Positions 58,429 through 64,000 of a stretch of 64,000 nt of DNA are shown here, piece by piece. Below the pieces are notes generated by a model. That model was not told the DNA's origin, did no database searches, and saw only the letters and a list, made by a program, of their open reading frames with translations. The position numbers and the translations under genes are program-made. Every line of letters starts with the position of its first letter. Positions within the stretch are counted from its first letter, which is position 1. Origin of the DNA: an uncultured Rhodospirillaceae bacterium (lineage in GTDB: Bacteria; Pseudomonadota; Alphaproteobacteria; Rhodospirillales; UBA2165); NCBI GenBank assembly GCA_964611435.1, contig CAZSXT010000015.1:2116-66115 (forward strand), in the 5' to 3' direction.

Positions 58429-59281
58429 CCCAATCACCCCAAATGCGCTGCCACATGCGTTCGCCGATATCGCAACCCTTTTCATAGACGAATCCAGGCG
58501 GCGGCTGGAATTGCGCCAAGTGCAACAGTGGGTTTGCGCGCCCTGCCCATTGCGTTTTCGGAGCAGTGCCGGCGATCTCGAAGATCAGTTTCCGGCGAAA
58601 GGCGGTGGCAAAATCGTGGAAGTCCTTGGCAATGATCATGAACGCGCCGACGCCGCCGATGACGCAACCTTTGTAGTATTTATCCAGGTCTTCCAAATAA
58701 AATCTGCTGCCGGGCCCGGTTTGGTTGTCGATAATGGGTAACCCATTGATCGTAATGCGTTTTTTGATCGTGGCGTCCCGCACTCGATGAACCAAACTAC
58801 CATGGTTGTTGGGCCCATCGCCGGCCACGTCGATGACCCGGCGGGTGCCTTCGAAGGCGTTGCCGTCGATCATTTCGGCGGCTTGCACAACCGCATCGCT
58901 GATAGAGGTCCGCCGGCCATGGGTCAGTGGGGCCGATAGTAGCTTGGTTACAAACGCCTCGGCATTTGCCGCGTTGGCGATTTTCATCCAGTCGACGACA
59001 ACCTCGTTATAGGGCCGACTGGAGTAATCAATATAGGCGACCGCGATTTTTCCCAGGATGCCGGATTTAATGGCGTTGATGACTTCGGGACTGCGGAAAG
59101 CCGCGGCCACACCTTCTCGCTGCAAGAGCGCTTCCTGATGATCAATGCTACGGGACACATCGGTGGCGATCACCAGTTCTAGATCGACCGGTTCGCCCGC
59201 CACAGCCGGCTCGGCTGCGCTAGGTACGAGCGCCGCCAGAACAGCGGCGACCATTCGATGTTTGATCAACCGTGTCTCCAC
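58415..59281 (-). CDS. DUF1194 (VWA-like) exported protein
   Basis: VDLELVIATDVSRS, RRVIDVAGDGPNN, TINGLPI, VIGG.GAF, RKL..EIA. Confidence 0.88.
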   Translation of the reverse strand: METRLIKHRMVAAVLAALVPSAAEPAVAGEPVDLELVIATDVSRSIDHQEALLQREGVAAAFRSPEVINAIKSGILGKIAVAYIDYSSRPYNEVVVDWMKIANAANAEAFVTKLLSAPLTHGRRTSISDAVVQAAEMIDGNAFEGTRRVIDVAGDGPNNHGSLVHRVRDATIKKRITINGLPIIDNQTGPGSRFYLEDLDKYYKGCVIGGVGAFMIIAKDFHDFATAFRRKLIFEIAGTAPKTQWAGRANPLLHLAQFQPPPGFVYEKGCDIGERMWQRIWGDWDDGN

Positions 59282-59610
59282 CAGGCCATGAAACGGGCAT
59301 AGACGCCTATGCCGAGGGCGGCGAGCAGCGCAAGCAAGCCGAAAATGCCGCCGAAACCGAACAACGCGTCCCCCAACATCGGTACAGGCTGGGTTTTTAA
59401 GGTCAGGCCAGCGGTGAGAAGGGGCTCATAGACCTCCGCCCAAATCTGCCAGCCCAACAAAAGAAAACCCAACAAGCCCAAGACGAAGGCGACGATCTGC
59501 AGTCCTTTCCAGCGTTTTGCCGTGAGTTCAATTAGGATAGGAGGATCACTTCTGCCGTCCTCGCCCCATCCCGGAGACGCCAACCGGGCGCCCATTACGG
59601 TTATTGCCAT
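59266..59610 (-). CDS. Small two-TM hypothetical protein
   Basis: AGGAG RBS, IELTAKRWK, two hydrophobic helices, AWWRHG end overlapping the DUF1194 start. Confidence 0.65.
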   Translation of the reverse strand: MAITVMGARLASPGWGEDGRSDPPILIELTAKRWKGLQIVAFVLGLLGFLLLGWQIWAEVYEPLLTAGLTLKTQPVPMLGDALFGFGGIFGLLALLAALGIGVYARFMAWWRHG

Positions 59611-59789
59611 GGTTCATCACTCCTTTCTGGCTGATCAGATTGATGGGAAGTCTACGCCCAATCTGGAGAAGGAGGTAGCAAAATCAGCGGTGATCCGTAG
59701 TGCACGCCGAGTGGCCGGCGGCTGGCTTGAACAGGACTCGACCAGAGACCTTATTAGCGTCAGGTATCTGCCAAAGGAGGAGAAAATTC

Positions 59790-60209
59790 ATGGGCGAACT
59801 TACCTCTGCCCGCCACGAGATGTTTTGCCGCTACTACGTGTTGGAGCCAAACGGCGCCAAGGCGGCCCGGCTGGCCGGATATTCCGCTCAAGGCGCCAAG
59901 GGCCGGGCCTGGGAGGTCCTTAAACGAAAGGATATCCAAAAGCGGCTTAGAGAACTCCGCACTGAGTTGACGAAGAATTATTGTCTCAATCTCGATACAC
60001 TATTCATGAAACTTGAAACCATTTACAGGCGTGCGTTGGAAGACCGAAAATACGCCGCCGCCTGCAAGGCCGTGGAGATTCAGGCAAAGCTCGCCGGGCT
60101 TTTGCCCGCGAATAGGATGACAGCGCATATCCCGGAAGAAGAGCTTGAAGTGGGGTCCGCTTTGCCCTCAAAAAATGATAAGATAAAAATAATAAAATCA
60201 GTTAATTAG
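59790..60209 (+). CDS. Phage terminase small subunit-like protein
   Basis: LT.RHE.FC.YY...NGAKAARLAGYS...A...AWEVL....I..RL HTH pattern, A.KA.E..AKL.G oligomerisation segment, AAGGAGG RBS. Confidence 0.8.
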   Translation: MGELTSARHEMFCRYYVLEPNGAKAARLAGYSAQGAKGRAWEVLKRKDIQKRLRELRTELTKNYCLNLDTLFMKLETIYRRALEDRKYAAACKAVEIQAKLAGLLPANRMTAHIPEEELEVGSALPSKNDKIKIIKSVN

Positions 60210-60215
60210 AAGAAA

Positions 60216-61238
60216 TTATTTAGAATTAACATCAAACGCGTCGGCGATCAGTTCATAGGACCGCCTGCGGTCGTCCGGATCGTGGCAGATGGTCAACAAC
60301 ACGATCTCATTGACGTCATACTGCCGGGCAATATCGGTCAGCATATCGCGGCATTGCTCCGGCGTGCCGAAAAGGCTTCGCGGACGGTTACGTTCAATAA
60401 TCTTTTCGTCCGCGTCGGTGTATTCGTAGGCCTCGGCCTCCTCAATCGACGGGAAGGGCCCGTGCCGCCCGTATTCTCGCGAGAGCAAGACCAGATCACG
60501 GCACAAAGCCAGTTGGCGGGCCTTTTCCTCGGTCTCGCCGCAGACGATGGCGATGCACACGCTGGCCTGTGGTTCGGCATACAGGGCCGAAGGCTGGAAC
60601 TGGTGCTTGTAGGCGGAGATCACGATATCGCCGCCGTCCTGCACGATGAACTGGGCGAACGAGAACGGCAGACCGAAATTGGCGGCCAACAGTGCGCTTT
60701 GGTCGCTGGAACCCAGCATCCACATTTGCGGCGGAACCTCGGGCCGGGGCACCATCTTGATCCGCTTGAATATTTTGGTCGGCGGTTCGCCGCCGCTTAG
60801 GAAGGCCATCAGATCGGCCACGCGGGTGGGAAAGTACTCGACACCGATTTCGGACCCATAGGCGAGGGCGGCTGCGGTCAGCTGATCACTGCCCGGCGCC
60901 CGGCCGATGCCCAGATCTATCCGCCCCGGGTACAGAGTTTCCAGCATGCCGAAGGTTTCTGCGACCTTGAGGGGGCTGTAATGTCCCAGCATCACACCGC
61001 CGGAGCCAACACGGATGCGCTCGGTCTCTGCGGCGATGCGGGTGATCAGGATTTCCGGTGCGGGGCCCGCCAGCGCCGGGGTTGCGTGGTGCTCGGCCAG
61101 CCAATAGCGGTGATAGCCCGCCGCTTCGCAGGCGCGGGCCAGATCAATCGATTCCCGGATCGCCGCCGCCGGGGTGCCGCCGGAGCGAATGGGGGACTGA
61201 TCAAGAACGGATAACTTTAGCTTGGGTTTGGTGCTCAC
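60216..61238 (-). CDS. Luciferase-like (LLM class) flavin-dependent monooxygenase
   Basis: LSVLDQSP, RYWLAEHH, RVGSGGVML.HYSPLKVAE.F, RIDLGIGRAPG, LGSS..SA. Confidence 0.92.
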   Translation of the reverse strand: MSTKPKLKLSVLDQSPIRSGGTPAAAIRESIDLARACEAAGYHRYWLAEHHATPALAGPAPEILITRIAAETERIRVGSGGVMLGHYSPLKVAETFGMLETLYPGRIDLGIGRAPGSDQLTAAALAYGSEIGVEYFPTRVADLMAFLSGGEPPTKIFKRIKMVPRPEVPPQMWMLGSSDQSALLAANFGLPFSFAQFIVQDGGDIVISAYKHQFQPSALYAEPQASVCIAIVCGETEEKARQLALCRDLVLLSREYGRHGPFPSIEEAEAYEYTDADEKIIERNRPRSLFGTPEQCRDMLTDIARQYDVNEIVLLTICHDPDDRRRSYELIADAFDVNSK

Positions 61239-61307
61239 AACGACCGGAGTATACCGGTTGGCGCGACACCGTCTAACCCTGATTTAGGGTAGGGGCTGTG
61301 CCCTGGG

Positions 61308-61673
61308 TCAGGCGATCAGCGCGTCGTCGTCTTCGTCGCTGGGGAACAGCTGTGCCAAGTAACCGAAGTCATTCCGTTTACCGCGCCGGCCGATGATCTT
61401 TTGTTGTGCTTGCAGCGGAAAGTCGGTGATCTCCAGTACATCCTTTTTGATCAGGATGTCTACGAGATCTTCGATCACCCGGCTGAGGGACAAATCGGCC
61501 GCCAGCCAGTTCTCCTCCAAACTCTCGGCCAACCCCTCGCCAAACAAAAATTCGGCGACCTCCTTAGAGCCAGGATCAACCTGTTCGGGCTGCCGGTTTG
61601 CCGTTTCCCGGACAATAGCGAGAATTCTGCCGTCACTGTCCCGTTCAACAAAGGCCATGAACTTTCCTTCCAT
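61308..61673 (-). CDS. Conserved hypothetical protein (family often found near type I secretion loci)
   Basis: FVERD.DG.I, EV.EFL, DL.L.RVIEDLVD.LI.K.V..ITD.P..AQQK...R. Confidence 0.6.
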   Translation of the reverse strand: MEGKFMAFVERDSDGRILAIVRETANRQPEQVDPGSKEVAEFLFGEGLAESLEENWLAADLSLSRVIEDLVDILIKKDVLEITDFPLQAQQKIIGRRGKRNDFGYLAQLFPSDEDDDALIA

Positions 61674-61797
61674 GCGCTCTCTTTGCTTGCATATGACGGC
61701 GCAGGGCGTGAATTTCCAGACCCGATGGAGAATTTCTTTTGCAGTCGTTTATCTGCCGATTGTCCCTCTTGACCGGAAGGGTTATAGAGAAGGCGTC

Positions 61798-62118
61798 ATG
61801 AACGCGCGAAATTCAGCACTCATTTCTTTGTTCGCGGTTGTCGCCATCGCCTTGGGCGCGTGCAGCAATCAACAGGCTTATATTTTCAAGGCCGACGAAT
61901 TCAACCGGGACTCCCCGACCTTCAACAAAGAGCCCAAAGACCGGGATGATGTACAAATTTGCTACAGCAAGTTGGCCACTAATGTGGATGAACTGCTGCA
62001 AATGGCTGCCACGGAATGCGGCAAATACGGGAAAACGGCCCGTTTTCAAGGACATGACTATCTCGAATGCCCGCTGACGACGCCGGCGCGGGCGACATTT
62101 TCTTGTCTAAGAAAATAA
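61798..62118 (+). CDS. Small Cys-rich lipoprotein
   Basis: Lipobox LGAC; EFNR, ICY, A..EC, CPL.TP..A.F.C. Confidence 0.72.
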   Translation: MNARNSALISLFAVVAIALGACSNQQAYIFKADEFNRDSPTFNKEPKDRDDVQICYSKLATNVDELLQMAATECGKYGKTARFQGHDYLECPLTTPARATFSCLRK

Positions 62119-62264
62119 TAAAATCAAAGACTTGCGTTGAATTCCGCCGCCGGGATTCCCATCTAAAAGTAGCTGTGCTAGCCTTTACCGACGCTTTTAG
62201 TGTTCCTTAACACTCGTCGTCGCTAATAGGGGTAGAAGGCCCCGCATTGTATAGGAGACTAGGC

Positions 62265-62741
62265 ATGAAGAAGGTCATGGTTTTAACCGCTGCCCTTTCC
62301 TTGGCGGCATGTGCGGACAACGAGCACTTTACGCCGGGCAAGGTGGCCGGCGCCATCGGCGGCGCAGCCGTTGGCATGTTCGCCGGTAGTCAGTTTGGCG
62401 GCGGGACCGGCAAGCTCTTGTTTATGATCGCCGGCGGTCTTATTGGCGGTGGTGCGGGATATTCGATCGGGAACGAGCTATTGCCGTCCGATAAGTCTAC
62501 GTTCGAGAGATCGACGGCCTACGCGATGAATAATGCCGCGGATGGACAGCAGGTGAATTGGGCCAATCCCGAAACCGGGGTGGCCGGCACGATCAAGCCG
62601 ACCCGCAGCTATTATGCAGGTCAAAACCGCTACTGCCGGGACTTCACCGCCAGCATCGCTGTCAAATCGGGAGTTGGATCGGGCGAAGCGCGGGCCTGCC
62701 GGATCGCCGGTGGCAATTGGTTTATTGACGAGCGAGCCTGA
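62265..62741 (+). CDS. RT0821/Lpp0805 (17-kDa surface antigen-like) glycine-zipper lipoprotein
   Basis: Lipobox LAAC, glycine zipper, W.NPETG..G, YCRDF, ACR..GG.W. Confidence 0.88.
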   Translation: MKKVMVLTAALSLAACADNEHFTPGKVAGAIGGAAVGMFAGSQFGGGTGKLLFMIAGGLIGGGAGYSIGNELLPSDKSTFERSTAYAMNNAADGQQVNWANPETGVAGTIKPTRSYYAGQNRYCRDFTASIAVKSGVGSGEARACRIAGGNWFIDERA

Positions 62742-62796
62742 TTAGCATCAACAATCGTTCGGGCGCCGGCCCTCTCCAAACAGCGCGCCACGTCAG

Positions 62797-63600
62797 ATGC
62801 GCCGCTTAATGCTGATCGCGCTATCCGCTATTGCCGTCTATGCCGGATTTTTGGCCTGCCTGTTCCTGTTTCAGCGAACGCTTTTGTACCACCCCTCCGG
62901 CGACCGGCCCGACCCGGCAGCGTATGGCGTACCGGATCTAGAGCAAATCAGTGTAGAAACACAAGACGGACTGAAGCTGCTCGCCTGGTACCGACCGGCG
63001 GCGGCAGGCCGGCAAACCATACTCTACCTGCATGGGAACGGCGGACATATCGGCCATCGCGGTGGAAAGGTCCGGGCCTATCTGGATGCAGGCTATGGGC
63101 TCCTGTTGCTCAGCTATCGCGGCTATGCCGGCAATCCGGGTAAGCCCACGGAGGAGGGGCTCTACGCCGACGGGGACGCGGCCATGGCCTTCTTGGCGGG
63201 AACAGGCGTTCAGAGCAGCCGCGTCGTTCTGTACGGAGAATCGCTTGGGACCGGTATCGCCATAGAACTGGCCACAAAATACGACGTAAACGCGGCTGTG
63301 CTTGAGGCGCCCTATAGTTCCATTCCCGATGTGGCGCAGCATCATTATTTTTATATGCCGGTAAGGTATTTGGTCCGTGACCGTTTCGATTCCACGGAAA
63401 AAATAGCGCGCGTTGAGGAGCCGATCCTGGTGGTGCATGGGGGTAAGGACCGGGTGGTGCCGATGAAGTTCGGCAAGAAATTATTTGACACGGCTCGCGA
63501 ACCGAAGTCGTTTTTGCAATTGGCGACCGCCGGACACAACGATCTGTATAACTTCGGCGTTGCCGCCAAAGTCATTGATTTTATGAGAAAATATCAATAG
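62797..63600 (+). CDS. Alpha/beta hydrolase (ABHD13/BEM46-like)
   Basis: FQR.LLYHP, YLHGNG, YRGY, GESLG, HG.KD.VVP, GHNDL. Confidence 0.92.
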   Translation: MRRLMLIALSAIAVYAGFLACLFLFQRTLLYHPSGDRPDPAAYGVPDLEQISVETQDGLKLLAWYRPAAAGRQTILYLHGNGGHIGHRGGKVRAYLDAGYGLLLLSYRGYAGNPGKPTEEGLYADGDAAMAFLAGTGVQSSRVVLYGESLGTGIAIELATKYDVNAAVLEAPYSSIPDVAQHHYFYMPVRYLVRDRFDSTEKIARVEEPILVVHGGKDRVVPMKFGKKLFDTAREPKSFLQLATAGHNDLYNFGVAAKVIDFMRKYQ

Positions 63601-63631
63601 CCACGGCAAAGAGTCTCTAAGTCTTTGACTC

Positions 63632-63657
63632 TTAACAATAAATTAAGATATACTTAA
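63632..63657. promoter_or_regulatory. Tandem CtrA-type sites TTAA-N7-TTAA-N7-TTAA
   Basis: TTAA at 63632, 63643 and 63654, preceded by GANTC sites at 63611 and 63627 in an inverted repeat. Confidence 0.6.
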
Positions 63658-63687
63658 GCTGTGGTGTACTGTGCGATGGTGGCGTAA

Positions 63688-64000
63688 ATGGCGCTAGCGG
63701 CCAAAGTAGCTCAACAAAATTCGATACCGGCGGTCAACCGACTAGCCGGCCACTCGATATCGCCCACAATCAGCGAGCAAGCGGTTGGGGAAGTCGAGAC
63801 CTATTCCGCCATCGTTAACGACCGCCTTGGATATCGTCAGGAAGAATTGGGTCTTGATCAACGTCGGGCCCGCAATCGCCGGGATGCGCCACAGGCGCCG
63901 GAGCGGCGGATCAACACGCCCATGGTGGCGACGAACACCCACACGTTCGCCGAAGCTTTTGCCTCGGTCCTCAACAAAGGTGGCACTGGTGGTGCGCCGC
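63688..64000 (+). CDS. Partial hypothetical protein running off the right edge
   Basis: Open frame from ATG 63688 (MALAAKVAQQNSIPAVNRLAGH...) to the end of the window. Confidence 0.55.
   Translation, partial: MALAAKVAQQNSIPAVNRLAGHSISPTISEQAVGEVETYSAIVNDRLGYRQEELGLDQRRARNRRDAPQAPERRINTPMVATNTHTFAEAFASVLNKGGTGGAP

Noticed and set aside
59266-61673. Prophage around the terminase small subunit
   Set aside because: No other phage structural, replication, lysis or integration genes nearby.

Overview
A GC-rich (roughly 60%) chromosomal segment from an Alphaproteobacterium. Gene content and order (nrdJ, NDUFA12-mlaD-mlaD-DUF2155, aat-aroQ, fused thiS-thiG, alaC-hom-glpX-recJ, CtrA-type boxes) point to a Rhodospirillales-like organism. 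Most of it is housekeeping and envelope genes, with one tRNA-Glu. No integrase, transposase, cas gene or prophage module is visible. Points that stand out: (1) a three-unit tandem array of structured, suhB/MmgR-like RNA units just downstream of nrdJ, with a conserved scaffold, compensatory stem changes and 35-37 nt variable inserts; (2) an nfuA-like / B12-radical-SAM (CCAEP tail) / ATP-grasp operon of unknown function; (3) two inverted copies of a 272-bp CTAG-bounded MITE flanking a segment where aroQ abuts aat without the usual accB-accC; (4) a lower-GC MarR-controlled catabolic cluster around a NicX-like dioxygenase; (5) an orphan phage-type terminase small subunit; (6) several readable regulatory sites (four NrdR boxes plus a DnaA box, overlapping CRP-type boxes, triple-phased CtrA half-sites); (7) a decayed periplasmic binding protein gene. 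All calls come from reading the sequence by eye; no database searches were run.
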